A stretch of 64,000 bases of DNA from Eledone cirrhosa. Its lineage: Eukaryota. Within the stretch, counting starts at the first letter, position 1; every line of letters starts with the position of its first letter. The stretch lies in the NCBI GenBank assembly GCA_964016885.1, contig OZ024742.1:80476001-80540000 (forward strand), given 5' to 3'. Below the pieces are notes generated by a model. It had not been told where the DNA came from and did no database searches. It saw only the letters and a program-made list of their open reading frames with translations. This document shows positions 50,676 through 62,636 of this stretch, piece after piece. Made by a program: the position numbers and the translations under genes.

Positions 50676-52349
50676 GCTTTCTTTATTAGCCACATGGCTT
50701 TACACAAAGTAAGACATTAAGGAGAGTACATGACAATACAGGAGAATACATGACGGTACAAGTGGGCATTTCTGCGTGTAAAAAAAAAACAAAAAAAAAA
50801 ACAGAGGACGTAATAAAAAAGGAACAATGAAATATTTCCCAATAAGGGAAGACTTCCGAGGCCCATAGTGGAGAAAACCCATTAAAAAATCCACGGCAAG
50901 TGCACTCTAACAGTTTTCCACCTTCAATTTACAGGCACATACTCAGAATAGGCCTATTCACGCGGGCCATTCTTGCTTCTCTCACCCATCCTTCAACACA
51001 ATGCTGGGAGGAGAGCACTTTCCTCTCTACCCTGATTTTCTTATTCAAATAAAATTTGAAAAAGTTAATCAGGACCGAAGAGGTAAGTGCTCGTCTTCAG
51101 ACATTTCAGACGCGTCCACAATTCTATCTCTTTCGCCATGGCCACCAGACAGATAAACACTGCCTGCCCTTCCCGGCTAAAGGAAGAGGGCGGGGAAATC
51201 CTCATGATGGACTCAGCTGATAGCCAGAAATAAACCCACAGGCCACGCTCGGACTCTGGACGAGTGCTTGCAGAACGGTTTCGTCGCTATGCGCTCATCT
51301 CGGGAAGGTCCGTCTGACAGCACTTCCATGCCTGTAGAGTATATCCCGAACTAGCAAAGATCCACGGTAGCATGCCAGGCCAGGGATTTCTGGAAATTGT
51401 CCATAGGCCCCGGCCCGAAAGTTCTTCCGAAGAGATTGGCTAGTTGATTTTCGTCGACGCCTAGAGTTTCCCCAAGTACGTCGTCGTTCTTCCCCTCCAC
51501 TAATGCTCTATATAACGCCAAGGTGGAATTTCCACCGATCACATTGCCCGACTGGTCGAGGGCTGTGAGCGCCTGAAGATATTCCAGTCTCCAAGCGCTC
51601 CCTCTCGGTCTTCGCTTGACCCAAGACTGCAGCCGCGACAAGGAACGAGCTGGGGAAAGACGCGTCTAGCAAACGGCGACCACACCTTATCACCATCGAG
51701 GAAGAGGTGTAGATATCTGCGAATCAACAGCTACGGCATTCCCAGCCCTCCACGTAGCGAGTGTTGACAGCAGATGGACCGCCTGACCATCGAATCACGT
51801 CCTTTCCACAAAGAGCGAAAGTGCAAACACTCCAGCGCAGTCAGGCGAGGCTTAGGACAAGTCACGACCGTCAGGCGGTAGTAGATAACGGACGCGATGT
51901 ACGCATTTGCCACCACCGCTCTACCTTTCAGGGATAGCTTCCTCTCTGCCCATTTCTGCGTGAGAGAAGCCACCCTGCTCGTCACCTCGTTCCAGTTTTT
52001 GTCCGTCTGGAAATCCGGACCGAACCAGACCCCTAACAATTTAACCGTTCCGTCCGTCCAGCGCCCGACAAGGTTGTTGGACGGCATGGACCAGCCTCTC
52101 CCGAATGCGGAGCTGCAGGTCCACTGACTTTTCCTGGTTGATCATTGCTCCTGTCACCGCTTCGTATTCTCTTAGTGTATTGCTGATCGCCTCGATGTAT
52201 TTGTCGTTCGACACCACTACGGTGATATCATCCGCATATGCTGACACGGATCTTCCGCATCCTAGTTCGCGCGGCACACCGCTCAATGTCTCCAGTTTGT
52301 GCAGTAATGGCTCGAGTGTCAATACGTACAAGTGGGACGAGAGGGGACA
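50676..52349 (-). mobile_element. 5'-truncated decayed Tx1 copy
   Basis: Homologous to 35314-37056 (YADD region to 3' end); the 5' junction is in a SINE tail. Confidence 0.92.
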
Positions 52350-52350
52350 T

Positions 52351-52730
52351 AATTGTTTTTACTTTTGGCACAAGGCCAGCAATTACCCAGTTCATTAGTG
52401 GTACTTTATTTTATCGACCCCGTAAGGATGAAAGACAAAGTTAACTTCGGCGGGATTTGACGTCAGAATGGCAAGGGCCGTAATTATCTGCGTCAATGCA
52501 TGGTGTCCGACCCTCCACCAATACTGCCAATCAACCGCCATTACTAAACAGTAATAATTATTGTTTTTACCTTTTGCACCAGGCCACAGTACATTACTGG
52601 TACTTTATTTTATCGACCCCGTAAGGATAAAAGGCAAAGTTAACCTCGGTGGGATTTGAAATCAATAAAGGGATATAATTCTATGCTGGAAAGCATGGTG
52701 TCCGAGTCTCCACCGATTCTGACAATCCAC
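52351..52730 (-). mobile_element. Two tandem tRNA-derived SINEs (52351-52540, 52557-52730)
   Basis: Same family as 4119-4312. Confidence 0.88.
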
Positions 52731-53313
52731 ATAATGACAACTATAATGTCGGCAATAATAAAAAAGGGAAACAAAACGAATGCCAGTTGGCTTTGTTAGC
52801 CTTTAATCTGAGACGCCCAGTTCAAATATTCATCGTATACATATATATCTTAAATATTTCACTATGAATGTAACACGTTTAAAAGAAAAAAAAATGTTAC
52901 AATGTTATATATATATATATAAATTAATAAAGTAATGAATAAACAAAGAAACAGTTCCTTATATTAAAAAAAATTCATCATTTTATGATCGTTTCTAGGA
53001 TATATATGTGTTAGTGTTGGTATGCATATTCTATAGATCTATGTAAAATATTTATACAAACTATCAGAGGGAATATACATACCTACACATATATATGCTG
53101 TCTTCAAAAATAATGATATTTGTTTATTGAAAAAAACAACAAAGATTTAATACAATAGGTCTGTTTGGGAACAGGTTTTGAATTGACCAATAGAAAGATA
53201 GTGAAGGTCAAGATAGTAATATAGTAGTAAAAGAACCTTAATTTATGGGTAGAGGAAGGTAGATTTTAGTTTTGGATGGAAAAGAATATTATGAATGAAA
53301 GATTATTTTAGGG

Positions 53314-54021
53314 ATGAAAATAGGTCGTATGCTGACATCAGAAATTTGTTCATTGAATAAAACCAACAATATACATAAAAAATTCTTTAATATCCTTGAG
53401 AAGAACTTCCCGCCAAACCACAAATACCATCAAATTTTAAATATATCAACGGTTAAATTCTCCTACTCAACAACCAAAAACATAAAACAAAATATAAGTG
53501 CCTACAATGCATATAAATGTAAAAAAAACATGAGTATACCACCAGTACATCAAAGTAACCATAATATCTCCTCAGATACAGGATTCACGAAAAGTTGTAA
53601 CTGTAGAAACAAGGCAAACTGCCCATTAAAAGGAAATTGCCTTGTTATTAACATAGTATATAAATGTAAAGTTAACACTAAGGACTCAATTTATTCATAT
53701 ATAGGAGCTACCTCTAACAAATTTAAGGTAAGATTTAATACCCACAAACATAGTTTTAAAAATGCCGCACTAGCTAATACAACATCTCTAGCTGAAATAA
53801 TTAATAATTATAGAAAGAGGAATATAGATTATGACCTGACCTGGAGTGTGCTCAAAAGGGCCACCCCTTATCAAAATAATAGATATGAATGTAGATTATG
53901 TTCCCAAGAACTTTTTGAAATAATGAAATCTAAGGATATCCTATTAAATAAGCGACAGGAATTAATAATATCGTGTAATCATAAACTGAGAAAAACCCTT
54001 AAATATTATAAACCTAATTAA
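53314..54021 (+). CDS. PLE linker + GIY-YIG endonuclease (5'-truncated; first ~18 codons come from the inverted arm)
   Basis: CNCRNKANCPLKGNCL, IVY-x12-YIG, R..H, CRLCSQE, LLNKRQEL..CNHK. Confidence 0.88.
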   Translation: MKIGRMLTSEICSLNKTNNIHKKFFNILEKNFPPNHKYHQILNISTVKFSYSTTKNIKQNISAYNAYKCKKNMSIPPVHQSNHNISSDTGFTKSCNCRNKANCPLKGNCLVINIVYKCKVNTKDSIYSYIGATSNKFKVRFNTHKHSFKNAALANTTSLAEIINNYRKRNIDYDLTWSVLKRATPYQNNRYECRLCSQELFEIMKSKDILLNKRQELIISCNHKLRKTLKYYKPN

Positions 54022-54168
54022 TATACATTTTAGAAATTAATATATAAACTGTTTTTAATTTAGTTAACCTATAATTAATATTCTACTACTGATGAACTAC
54101 ATAATTTTACTTTCCTTCTTACAACTATCATTTCCTAAAACTGATACCATTAAGTAAACATATATAAT

Positions 54169-54226
54169 TGTTTCTACTTTAGGCACAAGGCCAGCAATTA
54201 CCCAGTGCATTACTGGTACTTTATTT
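54169..54226 (-). mobile_element. 58-bp 5'-truncated SINE with TSD
   Basis: TSD TAAACATATATAAT at 54155-54168 / 54227-54240. Confidence 0.85.
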
Positions 54227-54374
54227 TAAACATATATAATGCTTTAATTTCAGGTTTTGACTCTATGTTCCTTGAAATCTCTATATATTTATTATTTCTC
54301 ACTAATAAATTTACCTTCCCCCTCCCCCAATAATTATCTGTATGTGTATGTATTTGTGTATATATATATGTATA

Positions 54375-54419
<45 letters not shown>

Positions 54420-55177
54420 GTGTGTGTGTGTGTGTGTATGTGTGTATGTGTGTATATATATATATCTATATATATATATATTATTTTTATTTTCTTTTAA
54501 TTTCCCCTCATCTTTAACAGCACTCTTCAACTACATCTAACTCTTATTTATCATATCTATATGCTTTAGTATAATTTTATCAATATAAATATACACATCA
54601 ATTAAATTAATTCATATTCTTTTCATGGATGTATGTTTTTCACTAACACTCTTATCGTAAAACTTTAGTCTCCTTAGATATTTGCATTGAATTACTATTT
54701 TATAACAGCAACTGTTCGTATACCTTTTACTGACCTGACCTATTTTCACCCCTAAAATAACCTTCTCATTCTTCACACTCCATTCAAAACTGAAATCTGC
54801 CTTCTTCAACCCCTAAAATAAACTTCAATTACTACTATTTTACCATTTGGCCAATTATTAACTTTCTATTGGTTAATTCTAAACCTGTTACCAAACAGAC
54901 AGACTATATTAAATCTTTGTTGGTTTTATTCAATGAACAAATATAATTATTTCTGAGGTCAGCATACGACCTATTTTCATCCCTAAAATAATCTTTCATT
55001 CATAATATTCTTTTCAATCCCAAACTGAAATCTACCTGCCTCTACCCATAAATTAAGGTTCTTTTACTACTATATTACTATCTTGATCTTCACTATCTTT
55101 CTATTGGTCAATTCAAAACCTGTTCCCAAACAGACCTATGGTATTAAATCTTTGTTGTTTTTTTCAATGAACAAATA

Positions 55178-55319
55178 TCATTATTTCTGAAGACAGCATA
55201 CATATGTGTAGGTATGTATATTCCCTCTGATAGTTTGTATAAATATTTTACATAGATCTATACAATATGCATACCAACACTAACACATATATATCCTAGA
55301 AACGATCGTAAAATGATGA
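55178..55319 (+). ncRNA. Type I hammerhead ribozyme motif with 105-nt stem II region
   Basis: 9-bp stem I TCATTATTT/AAATGATGA; CTGAAGA (55187-55193); GAAAC-GATC-GTA (55299-55310). A mutated mirror copy lies at 52975-53115 (-). Confidence 0.75.
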
Positions 55320-55504
55320 ATGTTTTTAATATAAGGAACTGTTTCTTTGTTTATTCATTACTTTATTAATTTATCTTGACTCTGTTTTCCGTTAATTTTC
55401 ACCCAAAATAGTTTTTGAATCCATCTTCTCTTTTCATGATATCCGGATTACATTGAGTTCTTCATACGGATTGGACACTACCGTAAATTTTTGGTAGATT
55501 TATC

Positions 55505-55572
<68 letters not shown>

Positions 55573-55648
55573 CGTGTGTGTGTGTGTATAGGATCCGCTA
55601 ACGTGAAACAATTGTTCTCGGTATGGTGAACTAACTCTTGTGTAACCA

Positions 55649-55735
<87 letters not shown>

Positions 55736-55736
<1 letters not shown>

Positions 55737-57723
55737 CATGAAAGAAGAGTGACACGGTTTGCTATACAAAAAAGGTTTTTAATCTCATTGCTGACAATTG
55801 TTTCTCAGAACTGGTAGGTCTAGAAATCGCTATCCGCTTATTTTCGCGTTACTCGATCGCCAATACAATATTGTAACCAGTCATTTCATCGGAGCTTGCG
55901 AGAATGAGGAGAATATAGAGGCAATGAAAAGAATATACAGGCTTCTATATGTATTAGTAATGGCATTCAGTTAGAACAATAACACCAATATCAACAATGC
56001 TAGCAATAAATTATTTGAAATTATCACAACATCAATCTAGGTGGGAAGTATAGTATATCTATGATTTTAGCGTGTAAAACTAGCTGACATGAGGGAGATC
56101 TATAAAATTGACATGTAAAGACTGTCGTAGGGTGTATTATATCAAGTGTAAAGATAAGCTGGTGTTTTTAAACAATGTAGGTCAGGTGGCCGTAATAGTC
56201 GGTTTTTATCTGACCGATGAGGTATTTATCACTGTAGTAGAATGTGTGTGGTCTATATTAGATGAGAGTTCTGTCTATCTGTTCCATACTCAATAACATA
56301 CATGTATAAGACAACACTAACAAAGCTAAATAATGGGAAAGTTAATACATAGGTTATGGAGGTAATATATATATATATATATATATACATATATATACAC
56401 ACACACATGCACACAAACATATACATATATATACACACACACTCATACAAATACATACATACAAAGAAAAAACATGCTGACTATAATTATAGCAAGAGGA
56501 AGGTAAAGTTCCGTTGTAGTAGTATGTTGAAATGTTCTTGGATTTAGGATCAAGTGATGACAGCATCTGAGAAGAGATTAATTTTTGGGTTGATGAGGTA
56601 CTTACAGAAATTAGTGTTGTATAGAACTAAGGAGGCTAGAATATACTTAATGATTATATTTCTGTGGTGATTCGTGCAGAGTAGTGGCTATTCTAGTTGA
56701 AAGCTATGTTACGTCGGTTCGATTTATGGGGGTTTCAATCTTATGAATTTATTGGCAATCTTGTGTCTGCAGAAGATATATATTTCTAACTTGTTGTTAA
56801 GTAGCCTTTTTACATTTTTAAGGATATACTGTAGTTCTAGATCACATAGCCCACATTTGGACATACCTGTACTGTATGTTTTAGCAGCCGACAACCTCGA
56901 CCAGTTGATACTGTAGCTAGTGTTGTTGTCCTTCAGTTCCCATATTATTTTGGCGAGTGTTGTAGAACCCACAAGTGCACGATTTTCCATCGAGTGCCTG
57001 TGCACATACCATCTTTTTTTAAAAGAACCCGCGGCGGATCCAATATAATGCCAGGTGGAGTTGTCTGATTGACCGTACACATGTACACTAGGCTCGAATC
57101 GAGACATCTATTCGCCAATGCTAACGAGGCGATTGAATGGTTCAATAAAATACAAAATAGGGAGACGTGTAACTTCATACAATTTGATATAGACGACTAC
57201 TATGCATCCCTATCCCCAGCCACCCTAGATAAAGCGCTAATATTTGCCCAAAATAACTCCGATCTTACCCCTGAGGAAATTGAAATAATAATAGCGGCTA
57301 GAAGGACTATCGTAACATTTGAAAATAGCTACTGGGTAAGAAGAGATAGGATAAACAGCTTCGATATAACAATGGGATCAAATGACTCTGCGCAAATCCG
57401 ATGACTGGTTATAATTTTGTATTGGCGATCGAGTAACGCGAAAATAAGCGGATGGCGATCTCTAGACCTACCAGTTCAGAGAAACAATTGTCAGCAATGA
57501 GATTAAAAACCTTTTTTGTATAGCAAACCGTGTCACTCTTCTTTCCTGATTTATTATTACTCCAAGTGTTTACAACATAGGAATTACAGCGTACTCGCAG
57601 CATCACTATGTAAACGCCTCGTTGAGTCAAACTTAGCCAAGCGTTGATATCATCCAATACCCGGAGTACCATAACTGGACTACACCTAAGTGGACTGCAT
57701 ATAACCATTATTTATTACGCCGC
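55736..57723. mobile_element. Rearranged PLE: GIY-YIG + 3' UTR on minus, RT fragment + terminus on plus
   Basis: ORF 56724-57107 (-) has YIG, FKKRWYVH and CGLCDLE. ORF 57069-57404 (+) has QFDIDDYYAS and ITMGSNDSAQ. 55740-55885 is the reverse complement of 57401-57550. (TA)n on both sides. Confidence 0.88.
55784..55908 (-). ncRNA. Hammerhead motif variant (CCGATGA core, 81-nt stem II region)
   Basis: CTCATT..GCT-CCGATGA...GACTGGT/ACCAGTT...GAAAC-AATT-GTC-AGC-AATGAG. Mirror copy at 57398-57501 (+). Confidence 0.65.
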
Positions 57724-57760
<37 letters not shown>

Positions 57761-57767
57761 TATATGT

Positions 57768-57828
<61 letters not shown>

Positions 57829-59093
57829 TCTATGTCTATATATACAGATTCTCTTTTAAAACAGAAACATTTGATTTCTAACTGATAAGCATTGTCCTTT
57901 AACACAACTATATGTTTTATCAATCGTCCCCAATTTTGCCATTTCGCTACCTTAACATCATGGGTACATATTGACAAATGATCAAATAGCTAGTCAATGT
58001 TTGCTTGCTGAAATGGAAGAAGGAAAAGAAAAGAGAAAATTATGAGAAATGTGAAAGCGTGTTCTCTTTATCTCCCCACACCTATTTATTTATTTATTTA
58101 TTTATATATTTATTCAACAACAAAAAAGCTTTGAATGGTTATAGATTGATCAGCAATGATTATTAACGAAATGCAAGAAGAGCCATAATATATAGCTAAA
58201 TCAATAAAATGATATCAAAGAAGGGCGTGAACCATGTATAATTCATAAGAATAATCGAACTGTAATATTTGTTATAATTTGGGGATGAAATTGTATCAGA
58301 ATTAATTGTTCAGTTTCACAGAAGCATACGTGTGAAGTAATGGGTAAACATTACAAAGTCAAAACGAACAGGCTTTGAAGTTAACTAGCGTTATTTAGAC
58401 CAATAGAGTCGAATAGTTGAAATTTTATATGATTATTTATATTTTTATTTCAATTTTTTTTTTGCCTTTTTTAAAAATAATTTTGTACAAGACAAGGAAA
58501 ATTAATAATGCGACTGTTGATCGATTATTGATTTTCTCTTGAGAAAGTGAAGTAAAAAAACTATTCACACGAGTTTGCGTTCACACACTTGAATACGTAT
58601 ATATATAGAGAGAGAGATAGGGGGGGGGAGAATGTGTGTGAAATAGGGAGGAGCTGAGACATAAGCAAAGAGGAGTGTTGCTACATTGGATGAGTGTCTT
58701 TCGTGTTAGAGATAGAAACTGCGTCAAATTTGATCAAGTGATAACTACAAAAGGTTAATTGTGACCCACATCGCGTTGGTAATGATGATGATGTTTCATA
58801 CTGCTGATGATGGTGATATTGTTGTTGATTATTATGATAATGATTAAACTTACACAAGCATGCAATTCGACATTTAAACTGAGAGAAAGAAACTTCGGCT
58901 GTTAATTATCAATTTATTCAATAATACGCTACTGATGACTGTCTCACATGTTGTATCTTCAACACATCCACCTCTATAGCGCATATAAGCTCCCTGTAGT
59001 TTCAACTTAGTAGGCCACAACCTGGCAAACCATATATTGCTTGTTATCCTTATCGAGCCCTCTTTGGATTTTAGTCTTCAAATTTATTATTTT

Positions 59094-59140
<47 letters not shown>

Positions 59141-59146
<6 letters not shown>

Positions 59147-59444
59147 AATAACAGGAGGATGGATTGGTGTAAATCCTTGACAGGTTTATTATACTATGAT
59201 CATTTCAATGACCGGATTCAAGTATTCAAAATATAACAAAGGAATATAACAGATAAAATCCATGGGGTTGAAAATCAGAGACAAGAGGACGACCGACTAT
59301 CTGCAGCTTCTACCTCAGTCGGCTGCCCTCGAGCTACACAAACGAAGACGGGCGAGTTGCATTACGTTGACTGCTCTCCATAATATTACATCGAAATTGA
59401 CCATACAGTATGACCAGTTCTATCCAGTGGTGAACCAACGAACC

Positions 59445-59447
<3 letters not shown>
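59141..59447. mobile_element. Short rearranged PLE terminus (same family as 27200-28410)
   Basis: 59141-59330 matches 27381-27597 with a deletion; 59334-59445 is the reverse complement of 27241-27353; between (TA)n tracts. Confidence 0.75.
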
Positions 59448-59524
<77 letters not shown>

Positions 59525-60372
59525 TGTGTGTGTGTGTGGCCGGGGGTGGGGGTGTACGTGTGTGTGCCTGTGCATGTGTGTATGTGTGTATGTGTGTATG
59601 TGAATGTAATGTTTCAAGGCCACAACAATGCAAAATGGATGAACAAGTAAGTAAGATGAAATAAGATGTTATGTGTTACCTTATTTATCTGTTCTGATAT
59701 TTCGACATAAATCTTTTTCCCCAGATGTCTATAACAAGGAACAGGTCTGGAATCCGTAAAGATTCTAAATCACACAGCTGGAAGCATTTCAGAATGCCAG
59801 AAACCCGCCACACTACGCTAGAAATATATAAAGAGCAAAGGATCACGAAAAAAAAAGAAAGAAAGAAATGTGAATAAAAAAAAGTAATGATTTTCTTTAA
59901 AAGTCAAACAAAGTAATGCTTTTCTTACCCGGAATATCTCAAAATAACATTTCAAGGGTGTAAATCCCTTTTCAAATACGCAATCGAGATAATTGTAACA
60001 TTCATTGAAGAAAATATATTTCGTTTTCTTTTGCACCCTTCTTTGTTGTTGTTGTTGCTGTTTTGCTTTTGAAAAGAGGGAGTTAAACCTCAAATATTAT
60101 GTTGAAATATACTGGGTAAGAAGAATGTTAATTCGATTTGGTTAATTTGTCATACTTTGTCCTTTAAATATGAACAGCGCAGTGTACTGGCCTTTTGAAA
60201 TACATCGCAATCATTGTTCAGGGGCGCTGCAATATATATATATATACATATACACATACATATTTATATATATATGTATATATAACCAAGAATGACGATG
60301 TTGTTCTACTCCAAAGGCTAAGGCAGTTGTTTGCATGATTGCAAACGAATTGAATTGTATCATTAATATAAT

Positions 60373-60547
60373 TATTTTTACTTTTGGCACAAAGCCAGCA
60401 ATTATTCCAGTGCATTACTGGTACTTTATTTTATCGACTCCGTAAGGATGAAAGGCAAAGTTAACCTCGGCGGGATTTGAACTCAGACTGAAAAGGGACT
60501 GTAAAGCAGGGCATCCGACTCTCTACCGATACTGCCAATCCACCGTC
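60373..60547 (-). mobile_element. tRNA-derived SINE with 19-bp TSD
   Basis: TSD ATTGTATCAT(T/A)AATATAAT at 60354-60372 / 60548-60566. Confidence 0.9.
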
Positions 60548-60589
60548 ATTGTATCATAAATATAATGGCTGTGGATTGCAACAAAGAAA

Positions 60590-60703
60590 TTTGGCCCTTT
60601 ACAGTTTGAGTTCATTTCCTACCAAGGTTAACTTATTTTTCATCCTTACGGGATCGATAAAATAAAGTACCAGTAATAGACTGTGCCAAAAGTACAAACA
60701 ATT
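60590..60703 (+). mobile_element. Partial SINE
   Basis: TTTACAGTTTGAGTTC...CATCCTTACGGGATCGATAAAATAAAGTACCAG...GTGCCAAAAGTACAAACAATT. Confidence 0.8.
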
Positions 60704-60749
60704 TTTAATATTCGAAAAACTCAGATTTATATTTCTTATATATATATAT

Positions 60750-62097
60750 ACTACAAAGCCACAGACATACTACAAGCCCACAGACTCCAAGCAATATCTT
60801 CCTTTCAACTCTTGCGACCCTAGACACGTTAAAATTAACATTCCCTACAACTTAGCCAAGAGAATCTGTACTATAGTCTCCAATAAAAACACCTGTTACT
60901 TACGGCTACAAGAACTAAAGTACACACTCATAGGCATGGACTACCCTGCATCACTAATTGACAATGGAATCCAACGTGCCCTAAAACTCAGTACCCAGGA
61001 CCTTAAACACCCTAAAGTAAATCAACCGAAACTAAAAGCTCTTCCATACATCTCCATACACAACCTCCTCAACAATGAGGCTTTGACACCATCCTCCAGA
61101 ACATGGCTGTGTTAAAAAAGGACCATAGAATGAACCAAATCCTTCGAACACACGATATCATAAAGAGCAAAAGACAATCTAAGTCAAGGAAAAACATCCT
61201 AACACATGCCAACCACAACAAAGAAACCCACAGTAAAAAAATGCGATGGACTCAACCGCGGCATATCCATCAACCTAATAGAGGGTTCTGAATTCTATTT
61301 TAAAGAAGGACAACGTTTTATAGTAAAACACAATTTCACATGCGCATCAGAAACATTTAATATATGTATTAACTTACTCAGGTTGTCGAGAACAATACAT
61401 AGGCCAGATTGAAAACAGCCTCCGCTACCGCGTGACTGTCCATAGATCCCAAATTAAAATATGGGAATACAGAAACATACCACTGAGTGAACACATTGAT
61501 ATCTGTGCCGCCCCAAATCATCCCAACTTTAGAATCTTTCCCCTCTACAAATTTAAAGATAATTCCACCCACACCCAGCGCATCAGCAAGGAATCTCACT
61601 TTATTAATAAATACGGACCCCGTCTAAACACTTCTCCCTAAGACGAACCCACAACATACACACGTCAACATACATACCTACATCAGCATACATCCTACAT
61701 ACATTTCTATCCACATATAAACACAATGACGTACGTAAACACACATGTTCTGTGGTGCAACACAAATATACACAAATTGGCATACCTTTTGATGTCTATA
61801 GATAATAACGTGCCGACACACACATACATATACGCATACATGCATTGCACACTGATGGGCACATACATATTTGCACACAAGTATTCCCATACGGCAGGGC
61901 CTAATGGATTCCCTTTGCAGTACGTACGATCTGGACACTTACACACACCTTGGTGTTATGACAATACTATACACAATTTCACCCCTTTTATTATTAATGT
62001 TTTTGATGTTCTTTTGGGAGAATCGTTTTTTGCAAATTACTGAAAATATCGAAAAATGTACACCATTTGTACCAGTATCACAAAAATACTGGTCCAT

Positions 62098-62138
<41 letters not shown>

Positions 62139-62592
62139 CACACACACGCACACATACACACATATACACACACACACATACACACGCGTGCACTAACATA
62201 CAAACAGACATACACACACCCACGCACACACACATACACTTCTCCGTATAAGACAAGAGCTGAAAAATATCTTTCAACATGTTAAAATATCCCCCTACTC
62301 ATACACACACATTCCTACTGACCGAATTTATTCCCTGCTACACACACACACACACACACATATTTCTCTTAATAGACACCTGAACTGTTGACCTTTCAAC
62401 ATGACTGCAATTCACACACACATCCCTACTGACCATTATCACAACAATGAACTTCTTTACTACACACACACACACACATATTTGTCTTAAAAGACTTATT
62501 TTTCAGTGACTTCTCAATCAGGTGAAAAAGGACACTCTTCGACAAACCTACATTTGGCGCAAAATCATTTTTGCTCCAAATTCCTATTACTA

Positions 62593-62593
<1 letters not shown>
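60750..62593 (+). mobile_element. 5'-truncated PLE of a different clade (Neptune/Poseidon-like RT thumb + GIY-YIG), decayed
   Basis: Manual translation: YYKPTDSKQYLPFNSCDPRHVKINIPYNLAKRICTIVS; YVLTYSGCREQYIGQ; HRSQIK..LSEH..ESHFINKYGPRLN (ends 61641). CA-rich 3' UTR; flanked by (TA)n. Confidence 0.8.
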
Positions 62594-62624
<31 letters not shown>

Positions 62625-62636
62625 ATATATATATAT

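Larger units (their letters stand above)
52920..55508 (+). mobile_element. 5'-truncated PLE (Naiad-type GIY-YIG) with inverted terminal segment
   Basis: 52920-53369 is the reverse complement of ~54915-55375; both ends in (TA)n; ~230-bp tandem duplication in the 3' UTR. Confidence 0.88.

Noticed and set aside
53590-53645. Selenocysteine (in-frame TGA) in the PLE CxC..C..C motif, as reported for some Naiad elements
   Set aside because: All cysteine positions here and at ~11820-11866 are TGT/TGC, so there is no evidence for Sec recoding.
62480-62548. Hammerhead at the end of the 60750-62593 PLE
   Set aside because: Stem I (TTTGTC/GACAAA) is present but both core strands are too degenerate to call.
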